This document shows positions 1 to 15,000 of a stretch of 64,000 bases of DNA, one piece after another (position 1 is the first letter of the stretch; every line of letters begins with the position of its first letter). Source of the stretch: Squalus acanthias (taxonomy: Eukaryota); contig CM059425.1 in the NCBI GenBank assembly GCA_030390025.1, forward strand, positions 260,586,001 through 260,650,000, in the 5' to 3' direction. Below the pieces are notes generated by a model. It did not search any database and was not told where the DNA came from. It saw nothing but the letters and a program-made list of their open reading frames with translations. A program made the translations under genes and the position numbers.

Positions 1-3000
1 AATGGAGGGTTTGTGTTTTTGATAAAGGAGGGTTTGTGTTTTTGATAACGGAGAGTTTGTGTTTTTGATAACGGAGGGTTTGTGTTTTTGATAACGGAGG
101 GTTTGTGTTTTTGATAACGGAGGGTTTGTGTTTTTGATAACGGAGGGTTTGTGTTTTTGATAATGGAGGGTTTGGATATTTGATAATGGAGGGTTTGTGT
201 TTTTGATAATGGAGGGTTTGGATTTTTGATAACGGAGGGTTTGGGTTTTTGATAACGGAGGGTTTGTGTTTTAGATAAGGGAGGGTTTGTGTTTTTGATA
301 ACGGGGGGTTTGTGTTTTTGATAACGGAGGGTTTGTGTTTTTGATAACGGGGGGTTTGTGTTTTTCATAACGGAGAGTTTGGGTTTTTGATAATGGAGGG
401 TTTGGGTTTTTGATAATGGAGGGTTTGTGTTTTTGATAAAGGAGGGTTTGTGATTTTGATAACGGGGGTTTGTGTTTTTGATAATGGAGGGTTTGTGTTT
501 TTGATAACGGGGGGTTTGTGTTTTTCATAACGGAGAGTTTGGGTTTTTGATAATGGAGGGTTTGTGTTTTTGATAATGGAGGGTTTGTGTTTTTGATAAT
601 GGAGGGTTTGTGTTTTTCATAATGGAGAGTTTGGGTTTTTGATAATGGAGGGTTTGTTTTTTTGATAATGGAGGGTTTGGATTTTTGATAACGGAGGGTT
701 TGGGTTTTTGATAAAGGAGGGTTTGTGTTTTTGATAAAGGAGGGTGTGCGTTTTTGATAATGGAGGGTTTGTGTTTTTGATAATGGAGAGTTTGTGTTTA
801 TGATAACGGACAGTTTGGGTTTTTGATAATGGAGGGTTTGTGTTTTCGATAATGGAGGGTTTGTGTCTTTGATAACGGAGGGTTTGTGTTTTTGATAATG
901 GCGGGTTTCTGTTTTTGATAACGGGGGGTTTGTGTTTTTGATAACGGGGGGTTTGTGTTTTTAATAACGGGGGGTTTGTGTTTTTGATAATGGGGGGGTT
1001 GTGTTTTTGATAACGGGGGCTTTGTGTTTTTGATAATGGAGGGTTTGTGTTTTTGATAACGGGGGTTTGTGTTTTTGATAACGGGGGGTTTGAGTTTTTG
1101 ATAACGGAGGGTTTGTGTTTTTGATAACGGGGGGTTTGTGTTTTTGATAATGGAGGGTTTGTGTTTTTGATAAAGGAGGGTTTGGGTTTTTGATAAAGGA
1201 GGGTTTGGGTTTTTGATAATGGAGAGTTTGTGTTTTTGATAATGGAGGGTTTGTGTTTTTGATAAAGGAGGTTTTGGGTTTTTGATAAAGGAGGGTTTGG
1301 GTTTTTGATAATGGAGGGTTTGTATTGATAATGGAGGGTTTGTGTTTATGATAACGGAGGGTTTGGGGTTTTGATAATGGAGGGTTTGTGTTTTTGATAA
1401 CGGAGGGTTTGTGTTTTTGATAACGGAGGGTTTGTGTTTTTGATAACGGAGGGTATGTGCTTTTGATAATGGAGGGTTTGTGTTTTTGATAACGGAGGGT
1501 TTGTGTTTTTGATAATGGAGGGTTTGTGATTTTGATAACAGAGGGTTTGTGTTTTTGATAATGGGGGGTTTGTGTTTTTGATAATGGGGGGTTTGTGTTT
1601 TTGATAATGGAGGGTTTGTGTTTTTGATAATGGAGGGTTTGTGTTATTGATAACGGAAGGTTTGTGTTTTTGATAATGGAGTGTTTGTGTTTTTGATAAT
1701 GGAGAGTTTGGGTTTTTGATAATGGAGGGTTTGTGTTTTTGATAACGGAGGGTGTTTTTTTGATAAAGGAGGGTTTGTGTTTTTGATAACGGAGGGTTTG
1801 GGTTTTTGATAATGGAGGGTTTGTGTTTTTGATAAAGGAGGGTTTGTGTTTTTGATAATGGAGGGTTTGGGGTTTTGATAACGGAGGGTTTGTGATTTTG
1901 ATAACGGAGGGTTTGTGTTTTTGATAACGGAGAGTTTGTGTTTTTGATAAATGAGGGTTTGCGTTTTTGATAATGGAGGGTTTGTGTTTTTGATAATGGA
2001 GGGTTTGGGTTTTTGATAATGGAGGGTTTGTGTTTTTGATAATGGAGGGTTTGGGTTTTTGATAACGGAGGGTTTGTGTTTTTGATAATGGAGGGTTTGT
2101 GTTTTTGATAAATGAGGGTTTGCGTTTTTGATAATGGAGGGTTTGTGTTTTTGATAATGGAGGGTTTGGGTTTTTGATAACGGAGGGTTTGTGTTTTTGA
2201 TAACGGAGGGTTTGTGTTTTTGATAATGGAGGGTTTGTGTTTTTGATAATGGAGGGTTTGGGTTTTTGATAACGGAGGGTTTGTGTTTTTGATAACGGAG
2301 TGTTTGTGTTTTTGATAACGGAGGGTTTGGGGTTTTGATAACGGAGGGTTTGTGATTTTGATAACGGAGGGTTTGTGTTTTTGATAACGGAGGGTTTGTG
2401 TTTTTGATAATGGAGGTTTTGTGTTTTTGATAACGGAGAGTTTGTGTTTTTGATAACGGAGGGTTTGTGTTTTTGATAATGGAGGGTTTTTTTTTGATAA
2501 AGGAGGGTTTGTGTTTTTGATAATGGAGGGTTTGTGTTTTTGATAACGGAGGGTTTGTGTTTATGATAACGGAGGGTTTGTGTTTTTGATAAAGGAGGGT
2601 TTGTGTTTTTGATAACGGAGAGTTTGTTTTTTTGATAACGGGGGGTTTGTGTTTTTGATAATGGAGGGTTTGTGTTTTTGATAATGGAGGGTTTGTGTTT
2701 TTGATAACGGAGGGTTTGTGTTTTTGATAATGGAGTGTTTGTGTTTTTGATAATGGAGAGTTTGGGTTTTTGATAATGGAGGGTTTGTGTTTTTGATAAC
2801 GGAGGTTTTTTTTGATAAAGTAGGGTTTGTGTTTTTGATAACGGAGGGTTTGTGTTTTTGATAAAGGAGGGTTTGTGTTTTTGATAATCGAGGGTTTGTG
2901 TTTTTGCTAACGGAGGGTTTGTGTTTTTGATAACGGAGGGTTAGTGTTTTTGATAACGGAGGGTTTGTGTTTTTGATAATGGAGGGTTTGTGTTTTTGAT

Positions 3001-6000
3001 AAAGGAGGGTTTTGGTTTTTGATAATGGAGGGTTTGTGTTTTTGATAATGGAGGGTTTGGGTTTTTGATAATGGAGGGTTTGTGTTATTGATAATGGAGG
3101 GTTTGGCTTTTTGATAATGGAGGGTTTATGTTTTTGATAAAGGCGGGTTTGGGTTTTTGATAACGGAGGGTTTGTGTTTTTGATAACGGAGGGTTTGTGT
3201 GTTTGATAACGGGGGGTTTGTGTTTTTGATAACGGAGGGTTTGTGTTTTTGATAACGGAGGGTTTGTGTTTTTGATAACGGGGGTTAGTGTTTTTGATAA
3301 TGGAGGGTTTGTGTTTTTGATAATGGAGGGTTTGTGTTTTTGATAATGGAGGGTTTGTGTTTATGATAAAGGAGGGTTTGGGTTTTTGATAAAGGAGGGT
3401 TTGGGTTTTTGATAATGGAGGGTTTGTGTTTTTGATAATGGAGAGTTTGTGTTTTTGATAATGGAGGGTTTGTGTTTTTGATAACGGAGGTTTTTTTTTT
3501 GATAATGGAGGGTTAGTGTTTTTGATAATGGAGGGTTTTAGTTTTTGATAACGGGGGGTTTGAGTTTTTGATAACGGAGGGTTTGTGTTTTTGATAACGG
3601 GGGGTTTGTGTTTTTGATAATGGAGGGTTTCTGTTTTTGATAAGGAGGGTTTGGGTTTTTGATAAAGGAGGGTTTGGGTTTTTGATAATGGAGAGTTTGT
3701 GTTTTTGATAATGGAGGGTTTGTGTTTTTGATGAAGGAGGTTTTGGGTTTTTGATAAAGGAGGGTTTGGGTTTTTGATAATGGAGGGTTTGTGTTTTTGA
3801 TAATGGAGGGTTTGTGTTTATGATAACGGAGGGTTTGGGGTTTTGATAATGGAGGGTTTGTGTTTTTGATAACGGAGGGTTTGTGTTTTTGATAACGGAG
3901 GGTTTGTGTTTATGATAACAGAGGGTTTGTGTTTTTGATAATGGGGGGTTTGTGTTTTTGATAATGGAGGGTTTGTGTTTTTGATAATGGAGGGTTTGTG
4001 TTTTTGATAACGGAAGGTTTGTGTTTTTGATAATGGAGTGTTTGTGTTTTTGATAATGGAGAGTTTGGGTTTTTGATAATGGAGGGTTTGTGTTTTTGAT
4101 AACGGAGGGTGTTTTTTTGATAAAGGAGGGTTTGTGTTTTTGATAACGGAGGGTTTGGGTTTTTGATAATGGAGGGTTTGTGTTTTTGATAAAGGAGGGT
4201 TTGTGTTTTTGATAATGGAGGGTTTGGGGTTTTGATAACGGAGGGTTTGTGATTTTGATAACGGAGGGTTTGTGTTTTTGATAACGGAGGGTTTGTGTTT
4301 TTGATAATGGAGGGTTTGTGTTTTTGGTAACGGAGGTTTAGTGTTTCTTATAACGGAGGGTTTGTGTTTTTGATAACGGAGGGTTTGTGTTTTTGATAAC
4401 GGGGGTTTGTGTTTTTGATAACGGAGGGTTTGTGTTTTTGATAACGGAGGGTTTGTGTTTTTGATAATGGGGGGTTTGTGTTTTTCATAATGGAGAGTTT
4501 GGGTTTTTGATAATGGAGGGTTTGTGTTTTTGATAATGGAGGGTTTGGATTTTTGATAACGGAGGGTTTGGGTTTTTGATAACGGAGGGTTTGTGTTTTT
4601 GATAACGGGGGTTTTGTGTTTTTCATAACGGAGAGTTTGTGTTTTTGATAATGGAGGGTTTGTGTTTTTGATAATGGAGGGTTTGGATTTTTGATAACGG
4701 AGGGTTTGTGTTTTTGATAATGGAGGGTTTGGATTTTTGATAACGGAGGGTTTGGTTTTTTGATAACGGAGGGTTTGTGTTTGAGATAAAGGAGGGTTTG
4801 TGTTTTTGATAACGAAGGGTTTGTGTTTTTGATAAAGGAGGGTTTGTGTTTTTGATAATGGAGGGTTTGGGTTTTTGATAATGCAGTGTTTGTGTTTTTG
4901 ATAAAGGAGGGTTTGTGTTTTTGATAATGGAGTGTTTGTGTTTTTGATAATGGAGGGTTTGTGTTTTTGATAAAGGAAGGTTTGTGTTTTTGATAATGGA
5001 GTGTTTGTGTTTTTGATAAAGGAGGGTTTGTGTTTTTGATAATGGAGTGTTTGTGTTTTTGATAATGCAGTGTTTGTGTTTTTGATAAAGGAGGGTTTGT
5101 GTTTTTGATAATGGAGTGTTTGTGTTTTTGATAATGGAGGGTTTGTGTTTTTGATAAAGGAGGGTTTGTGTTTTTGATAATGGAGTGTTTGTGTTTTTGA
5201 TAAAGGAGGGTTTGTGTTTTTGATAATGGAGTGTTTGTGTTTTTGATAATGGAGGGTTTGTGTTTTTGATAACGGAGGTTTAGTGTTTTTGATAACGGAG
5301 GGTTTGTGTTTTTGATAATGGAGGGTTTGTGTTTTTGATAATGGAGGGTTTGGGTTTTTGATAACTGAGTGCTTGTGTTTTTGAAAACGGGGGTTTGTGT
5401 TTTTGATAACTGAGGGTTTGTGTTTATGATAACGGAGGGTTTGTGTTTTTGATAACGGAGGGTTTGTGTTTTTGATAACGGAGGGTTTGTGTTTTTGATA
5501 ACGGAGGGTTTGTGTTTTTGATAACGGAGGGTTTGTGTTTTTGATAACGGAGGGTTTGTGTTTTTGATAACGGAGGGTTTGTGTTTTTGATAATGGAGGG
5601 TTTGGATATTTGATAATGGAGGGTTTGTGTTTTTGATAATGGAGGGTTTGGATTTTTGATAACGGAGGGTTTGGGTTTTTGATAACGGAGGGTTTGTGTT
5701 TTAGATAAGGGAGGGTTTGTGTTTTTGATAACGGGGGGTTTGTGTTTTTGATAACGGAGGGTTTGTGTTTTTGATAACGGGGGGTTTGTGTTTTTCATAA
5801 CGGAGAGTTTGGGTTTTTGATAATGGAGGGTTTGTGTTTTTGATAAAGGAGGGTTTGTGATTTTGATAACGGGGGTTTGTGTTTTTGATAATGGAGGGTT
5901 TGTGTTTTTGATAACGGGGGGTTTGTGTTTTTCATAACGGAGAGTTTGGGTTTTTGATAATGGAGGGTTTGTGTTTTTGATAATGGAGGGTTTGTGTTTT

Positions 6001-9000
6001 TGATAATGGAGGGTTTGTGTTTTTCATAATGGAGAGTTTGGGTTTTTGATAATGGAGGGTTTGTTTTTTTGATAATGGAGGGTTTGGATTTTTGATAACG
6101 GAGGGTTTGGGTTTTTGATAACGGAGGGTTTGTGTTTTTGATAAAGGAGGGTTTGTGTTTTTGATAACGAAGGGTTTGTGTTTTTGATAATGGAGGGTTT
6201 GGATTTTTGATAACGGAGGGTTTGGGTTTTTGATAATGGAGGGTTTGGATTTTTGATAACGGAGGGTTTGGGTTTTTGATAACGGAGGGTTTGTGTTTTT
6301 GATAAAGGAGGGTTTGTGTTTTTGATAACGAAGGGTTTGTGTTTTTGATAATGGAGGGTTTGGATTTTTGATAACGGAGGGTTTGGGTTTTTGATAACGG
6401 ACGGTTTGTGTTTTTGATAATGGAGGGTTTGGGTTTTTGATAACGGAGGGTTTGTGTTTTTGATAATGGAGGTTTTGTGTTTTTGATAATGGAGGATTTG
6501 TGTTTTTGATAATGGGGGGTTTGTGTTTTTGATAATGGAGGGTTTGTGTTTTTGATAATGGAGGTTTTGTGTTTTTGATAATGGAGGGTTTGTGTTTTTG
6601 ATAATGGAGGGTTTGTGTTTTTGATAATGGGGAGTTTGTGTTTTTGATAAAGGAGGGTTTGTATTTTTGATAACGCGGGGTTTGTGTTTTTGATAAAGGA
6701 GAGTTTGTGTTTTTGATAATGGAGGGTTTGTGTTTTTGATAATGGAGGGTTTGGATTTTTGATAACGGAGGGTTTAGGTTTTTGATAACGGAGTGTTTGT
6801 GTTTTAGATAAAGGAGGGTTTGTGTTTTTGATAACGGAGGGTTTGTGTTTTTGATAAAGGAGGGTTTGTGTTTTAGATAAAGGAGGGTTTGGGATTTTGA
6901 TAATGGAGGGTTTGTGTTTTTGATAAAGGAGGGTTTGTGTTTTTGATCATGGAGGGTTTGTGTTTTTGATAACGGAGGGTTTGTTTTTTTGATAACGGAG
7001 TGTTTGTGTTTTTGATAACTGAGGGTTTGTGTTTTTGATAATGGAGGGTTTGGGTTTTTGATAACGGACGGTTTGTGTTTTTGATAATGGAGGGTTTGGG
7101 TTTTTGATAACGGAGGGTTTGGGTTTTTGATAATGGAGTGTTTGTGTTTTTGATAAAGGAGGGTTTGTGTTTTTGATAATGGAGGGTTTGTGTTTTTGAT
7201 AACGGAGGGTTTGTATTTTGATAACGGAGGGTTTGTGTTTTTGATAACGGAGGGTTTGTGTTTTTGATAACGGAGGGTTTGTGTTTTTGATAATGGAGGT
7301 TTTGTGTTTTTGATAATGGAGGGTTTGTGTTTTTGATAACGGAGGGTTTGTGTTTTTGATAACGGAGGGTTTGTGTTTTTGATAACGGAGGGTTTGTGTT
7401 TTTGATAATGGAGAGCTTGTGTTTTTGATAACGGAGGGTTTGTGTTTTTGATAATGGAGGTTTTGTGTTTTTGATAATGGAGGGTTTGTGTTTTTGATAA
7501 CGGAGGGTTTGTGTTTTTGATAATGGAGGGTTTGTGTTTTTGATAACGGAGGGTTTGTGTTTTTGATAATGGAGGTTTTGTGTTTTTGATAATGGAGGGT
7601 TTGTGTTTTTGATAACGGAGGGTTTGTGTTTTTGATAATGGAGGGTTTGGATTTTTGATAACGGAGGGTTTGGGTTTTTGATAACGGAGGGTTTGTGTTT
7701 TTGATAACGGGGGGTTTGTGTTTTTCATAACGGAGAGTTTGGGTTTTTGATAATGGAGGGTTTGTGTTTTTGATAATGGAGGGTTTGGATTTTTGATAAC
7801 GGAGGGTTTGTGTTTTTGATAATGGAGGGTTTGGATTTTTGATAACGGAGGGTTTGGTTTTTTGATAACGGAGGGTTTGTGTTTTAGATAATGGAGGGTT
7901 TGGGTTTTTGATAACGGAGGGTTTGTGTTTTTGATAATGGAGGTTTTGTGTTTTTGATAATGGAGGATTTGTGTTTTTGATAATGGGGGGTTTGTGTTTT
8001 TGATAATGGAGGGTTTGTGTTTTTGATAATGGAGGTTTTGTGTTTTTGATAATGGAGGGTTTGTGTTTTTGATAATGGAGGGTTTGTGTTTTTGATAATG
8101 GGGAGTTTGTGTTTTTGATAAAGGAGGGTTTGTATTTTTGATAACGCGGGGTTTGTGTTTTTGATAAAGGAGAGTTTGTGTTTTTGATAATGGAGGGTTT
8201 GTGTTTTTGATAATGGAGGGTTTGGATTTTTGATAACGGAGGGTTTAGGTTTTTGATAACGGAGTGTTTGTGTTTTAGATAAAGGAGGGTTTGTGTTTTT
8301 GATAACGGAGGGTTTGTGTTTTTGATAAAGGAGGGTTTGTGTTTTAGATAAAGGAGGGTTTGGGATTTTGATAATGGAGGGTTTGTGTTTTTGATAAAGG
8401 AGGGTTTGTGTTTTTGATCATGGAGGGTTTGTGTTTTTGATAACGGAGGGTTTGTTTTTTTGATAACGGAGTGTTTGTGTTTTTGATAACTGAGGGTTTG
8501 TGTTTTTGATAATGGAGGGTTTGGGTTTTTGATAACGGACGGTTTGTGTTTTTGATAATGGAGGGTTTGGGTTTTTGATAACGGAGGGTTTGGGTTTTTG
8601 ATAATGGAGTGTTTGTGTTTTTGATAAAGGAGGGTTTGTGTTTTTGATAATGGAGGGTTTGTGTTTTTGATAACGGAGGGTTTGTATTTGTGATAACGGA
8701 GGGTTTGTGTTTTTGATAACGGAGGGTTTGTGTTTTTGATAACGGAGGGTTTGTGTTTTTGATAATGGAGGTTTTGTGTTTTTGATAATGGAGGGTTTGT
8801 GTTTTTGATAACGGAGGGTTTGTGTTTTTGATAACGGAGGGTTTGTGTTTTTGATAACGGAGGGTTTGTGTTTTTGATAATGGAGAGCTTGTGTTTTTGA
8901 TAACGGAGGGTTTGTGTTTTTGATAATGGAGGTTTTGTGTTTTTGATAATGGAGGGTTTGTGTTTTTGATAACGGAGGGTTTGTGTTTTTGATAATGGAG

Positions 9001-12000
9001 GGTTTGTGTTTTTGATAACGGAGGGTTTGTGTTTTTGATAATGGAGGTTTTGTGTTTTTGATAATGGAGGGTTTGTGTTTTTGATAACGGAGGGTTTGTG
9101 TTTTTGATAATGGAGGGTTTGGATTTTTGATAACGGAGGGTTTGGGTTTTTGATAACGGAGGGTTTGTGTTTTTGATAACGGGGGGTTTGTGTTTTTCAT
9201 AACGGAGAGTTTGGGTTTTTGATAATGGAGGGTTTGTGTTTTTGATAATGGAGGGTTTGGATTTTTGATAACGGAGGGTTTGTGTTTTTGATAATGGAGG
9301 GTTTGGATTTTTGATAACGGAGGGTTTGGTTTTTTGATAACGGAGGGTTTGTGTTTTAGATAAAGGAGGGTTTGTGTTTTTGATAACGAAGTGTTTGTGT
9401 TTTTGATAAAGGAGGGTTTTTTTTTGATAAAGGAGGGTTTGTGTTTTCGATAACTGAGGGTTTTTTTTTGATAATGGAGGGTTTGTGTTTTTGATAATGG
9501 ACGGTTTGTGTTTTTGATAATGGAGGGTTTGGGTTTTTGATAATGGAGGTTTTGTGTTTTTGATAATGGAGGGTTTGTGTTTTTGATAATGGAGGGTTTG
9601 TGTTTTTGATAATGGGGGGTTTGTGTTTTTGATAACGGAGGGTTTGTGTTTTTGATAACGGAGGGTTTGTGTTTTTGATAATGGGGGGTTTGTGTTTTTG
9701 ATAACGGAGGGTTTGTGTTTTTGATAATGGAGGTTTTGTGTTTTTGATAATGGAGGGTTTGTGTTTTTGATAACGGAGGGTTTGTGTTTTTGATAATGGA
9801 GGGTTTGTGTTTTTGATAACGGAGGGTTTGTGTTTTTGATAATGGAGGTTTTGTGTTTTTGATAATGGAGGGTTTGTGTTTTTGATAACGGAGGGTTTGT
9901 GTTTTTGATAATGGAGGGTTTGGATTTTTGATAACGGAGGGTTTGGGTTTTTGATAACGGAGGGTTTGTGTTTTTGATAACGGGGGGTTTGTGTTTTTCA
10001 TAACGGAGAGTTTGGGTTTTTGATAATGGAGGGTTTGTGTTTTTGATAATGGAGGGTTTGGATTTTTGATAACGGAGGGTTTGTGTTTTTGATAATGGAG
10101 GGTTTGGATTTTTGATAACGGAGGGTTTGGTTTTTTGATAACGGAGGGTTTGTGTTTTAGATAAAGGAGGGTTTGTGTTTTTGATAACGAAGTGTTTGTG
10201 TTTTTGATAAAGGAGGGTTTTTTTTTGATAAAGGAGGGTTTGTGTTTTCGATAACTGAGGGGTTTTTTTTGATAATGGAGGGTTTGTGTTTTTGATAACG
10301 GAGGGTTTGGGTTTTTGATAATGGAGGTTTTGTGTTTTTGATAATGGAGGGTTTGGGTTTTTGATAATGGAGGTTTTGTGTTTTTGATAATGGAGGGTTT
10401 GTGTTTTTGATAATGGAGGGTTTGTGTTTTTGATAATGGGGGGTTTGTGTTTTTGATAACGGAGGGTTTGTGTTTTTGATAACGGAGGGTTTGTGTTTTT
10501 GATAATGGGGGGTTTGTGTTTTTGATAACGGAGGGTTTGTGTTTTTGATAATGGAGGGTTTGTGTTTTTGATAATGGGGGGTTTGTGTTTTTGATAAAGG
10601 AGGGTTTGTATTTTTGATAACGCGGGGTTTGTGTTTTTGATAAAGGAGAGTTTGTGTTTTTGATAATGGAGGGTTTGTGTTTTTGACAATGGAGGGTTTG
10701 GATTTTTGATAACGGAGGGTTTAGGTTTTTGATAACGGAGTGTTTGTGTTTTAGATAAAGGAGGGTTTGTGTTTTTGATAACGGAGGGTTTGTGTTTTTG
10801 ATAAAGGAGGATTTGTGTTTTTGATAACGGAGTGTTTGGGTTTTTGATAATGGAGGGTTTGTGTTTTTGATAAAGGAGGGTTTGTGTTTTTGATAATGGA
10901 GGGTTTGTGTTTTTGATAACGGGGGGTTTGTGTTTTTGATAACTGAGGGTTTGTGTTTTTGATAATGGAGGGTTTGGGTTTTTGATAACGGACGGTTTGT
11001 GTTTTTGATAATGGAGGGTTTGGGTTTTTGATAACGGAGGGTTTGGGTTTTTGATAATGGAGTGTTTGTGTTTTTGATAAAGGAGGGTTTGTGTTTTTGA
11101 TAATGGAGGGTTTGTGTTTTTGATAACGGAGGGTTTGTGTTTTTGATAACGGAGGGTTTGTGTTTTTGATAACGGAGGGTTTGTGTTTTTGATAACGGAG
11201 GGTTTGTGTTTTTGATAATGGAGGGTTTGGATTTTTGATAATGGAGGGTTTGTGTTTTTGATAATGGAGGGTTTGGATTTTTGATAACGGAGGGTTTGGG
11301 TTTTTGATAACGGAGGGTTTGTGTTTTTGATAACGGGGGGTTTGTGTTTTTCATAACGGAGAGTTTGGGTTTTTGATAATGGAGGGTTTGTGTTTTTGAT
11401 AATGGAGGGTTTGGATTTTTGATAACGGAGGGTTTGTGTTTTTGATAATGGAGGGTTTGGATTTTTGATAACGGAGGGTTTGGTTTTTTGATAACGGAGG
11501 GTTTGTGTTTTAGATAAAGGAGGGTTTGTGTTTTTGATAATGAAGGGTTTGTGTATTTGATATAGGAGGGTTTGTGTTTTTGATAACGGAGGGTTTGTGT
11601 TTTTGATAAAGGAGGGTTTGTGTTTTTGATAACGGAGGGTTTGTGTTTTTGATAATGGAGGGTTTGTGTTTTTGATAACGGAGGGTTTGTTTTTTTGATA
11701 ACGGAGTGTTTGTGTTTTCGATAACTGAGGGTTTTTTTTTTGATAATGGAGGGTTTGGGTTTTTGATAACGGACGGTTTGTGTTTTTGATAATGGAGGGT
11801 TTGGGTTTTTGATAAAGGAGTGTTTGTGTTTTTGATAAAGGAGGGTTTGTGTTTTTGATAATGGAGTGTTTGTGTTTTTGATAATGGAGGGTTTGTGTTT
11901 TTGATAATGGGGTCTTTATGTTTTTTTGATAATGGAGGGTTTCTGTTTTTGATAATGGAGGGTTTGGGTTTTTGATAATGGAGGGTTTGAGTTTTTGATA

Positions 12001-15000
12001 ACGGAGGGTTTGTGTTTTTGATAATGGAGGTTTTGTGTTTTTGATAATGGAGGGTTTGTGTTTTTGATAATGGAGGGTTTGTGTTTTTGATAATGGGGGG
12101 TTTGTGTTTTTGATAAAGGAGGGTTTGTATTTTTGATAACGCGGGGTTTGTGTTTTTGATAAAGGAGAGTTTGTGTTTTTGATAATGGAGGGTTTGTGTT
12201 TTTGATAATGGAGGGTTTGTGTTTTTGATAACGGAGGGTTTGGATTTTTGATAACGGAGGGTTTAGGTTTTTGATAACGGAGTGTTTGTGTTTTAGATAA
12301 AGGAGGGTTTGTGTTTTTGATAACGGAGGGTTTGTGTTTTTGATAAAGGAGGATTTGTGTTTTTGATAACGGAGGGTTTGGGTTTTTGATAATGGAGGGT
12401 TTGTGTTTTTGATAAAGGAGGGTTTGTGTTTTTGATAATGGAGGGTTTGTGTTTTTGATAACTGAGGGTTTGTGTTTTTGATAATGGAGGGTTTGGGTTT
12501 TTGATAACGGACGGTTTGTGTTTTTGATAATGGAGGGTTTGGGTTTTTGATAATGGAGTGTTTGTGTTTTTGATAAAGGAGGGTTTGTGTTTTTGATAAT
12601 GGAGTGTTTGTGTTTTTGATAATGGAGGGTTTGTGTTTTTGATAAAGGAGGGTTTGTGTTTTTGATAATGGAGTGTTTGTGTTTTTGATAAAGGAGGGTT
12701 TGTGTTTTTGATAATGGAGTGTTTGTGTTTATGATAACGGAGGGTTTGTGTTTTTGATAACGGAGGGTTTGTGTTTTTGATAACGGAGGGTTTGTGTTTT
12801 TGATAACGGAGGGTTTGCGTTTTTGATAACGGAGGGTTTGCGTTTTTGATAACGGAGGGTTTGTGTTTTTGATAACGGAGGGTTTGTGTTTTTGATAATG
12901 GAGGGTTTGGATTTTTGATAATGGAGGGTTTGTGTTTTTGATAATGGAGGGTTTGGATTTTTGATAACGGAGGGTTTGGGTTTTTGATAACGGAGGGTTT
13001 GTGTTTTCGATAACTGAGGGTTTTTTTTTTGATAATGGAGGGTTTGGGTTTTTGATAAGAGACGGTTTGTGTTTTTGATAATGGAGGGTTTGGGTTTTTG
13101 ATAAAGGAGTGTTTGTGTTTTTGATAAAGGAGGGTTTGTGTTTTTGATAATGGAGTGTTTGTGTTTTTGATAATGGAGGGTTTGTGTTTTTGATAATGGG
13201 GTCTTTATGTTTTTTTGATAATGGAGGGTTTCTGTTTTTGATAATGGAGGGTTTGGGTTTTTGATAATGGAGGGTTTGAGTTCTTGATAACGGAGGGTTT
13301 GTGTTTTTGATAATGGAGGTTTTGTGTTTTTGATAATGGAGGGTTTGTGTTTTTGATAATGGAGGGTTTGTGTTTTTGATAATGGGGGGTTTGTGTTTTT
13401 GATAAAGGAGGGTTTGTATTTTTGATAACGCGGGGTTTGTGTTTTTGATAAAGGAGAGTTTGTGTTTTTGATAATGGAAGGTTTGTGTTTTTGATAACGG
13501 AGGGTTTGTGTTTTTGATAACGGAGGGTTTGGATTTTTGATAACGGAGGGTTTAGGTTTTTGATAACGGAGTGTTTGTGTTTTTGATAAAGGAGGGTTTG
13601 TGTTTTTGATAATGGAGGGTTTGTGTTTTTGATAACGGAGGGTTTGTTTTTTTGATAACGGAGTGTTTGTGTTTTTGATAACTGAGGGATTGTGTTTTTG
13701 ATAATGGAGGGTTTGGGTTTTTGATAACGGACGGTTTGTGTTTTTGATAATGGAGGGTTTGGGTTTTTGATAATGGAGTGTTTGTGTTTTTGATAAAGGA
13801 GGGTTTGTGTTTTTGATAATGGAGTGTTTGTGTTTTTGATAATGGAGGGTTTGTGTTTTTGATAAAGGAGGGTTTGTGTTTTTGATAATGGAGTGTTTGT
13901 GTTTTTGATAACGGAGGTTTAGTGTTTTTGATAACGGAGGGTTTGTGTTTTTGATAATGGAGTGTTTGTGTTTTTGATAATGGAGGGTTTGGGTTTTTGA
14001 TAATGGAGGGTTTGTGTTTTTGATAAAGGAGGGTTTGTGTTTTTGATAATGGAGTGTTTGTGTTTTTGATAACGGAGGTTTAGTGTTTTTGATAACGGAG
14101 GGTTTGTGTTTTTGATAATGGAGTGTTTGTGTTTTTGATAATGGAGGGTTTGTGTTTTTGATCAAGGAGGGTTTGTGTTTTTGATAATGGAGTGTTTGTG
14201 TTTTTGATAACGGAGGTTTAGTGTTTTTGATAACGGAGGGTTTGTGTTTTTGATAATGGAGGGTTTGTGTTTTTGATAATGGAGGGTTTGGGTTTTTGAT
14301 AATGGAGGGTTTGTGTTTTTGATAACGGGGGTTTGGGTTTTTGATAAAGCAGGGTTTGTGTTTTTGATAATGGAGGGTTTGTGTTTTTGATAAAGGAGGG
14401 TTTGGGTTTTTGATAACCGAGTGTTTGTGTTTTTGATAACGGGGGTTTGTGTTTTTGATAACTGAGGGTTTGTGTTTATGATAACGGAGGGTTTGTGTTT
14501 TTGATAACGGAGGGTTTGTGTTTTTGATAACGGAGGGTTTGTGTTTTTGATAACGGAGAGTTTGCGTTTTTGATAACGGAGGGTTTGCGTTTTTGATAAC
14601 GGAGGGTTTGTGTTTTTGATAACGGAGGGTTTGTGTTTTTGATAATGGAGGGTTTGGATTTTTGATAATGGAGGGTTTGTGTTTTTGATAATGGAGGGTT
14701 TGGATTTTTGATAACGGAGTGTTTGGGTTTTTGATAACGGAGGGTTTGTGTTTTTGATAACGGGGAGTTTGTGTTTTTCATAACGGAGAGTTTGGGTTTT
14801 TGATAATGGAGGGTTTGTGTTTTTGATAATGGAGGGTTTGGATTTTTGATAACGGAGGGTTTGGTTTTTTGATAACGGAGGGTTTGTGTTTTAGATAAAG
14901 GAGGGTTTGTGTTTTTGATAACGAAGGGTTTGTGTTTTTGATAAAGGAGGGTTTGTGTTTTTGATAACGGAGGGTTTGTGTTTTTGATAAAGGAGGGTTT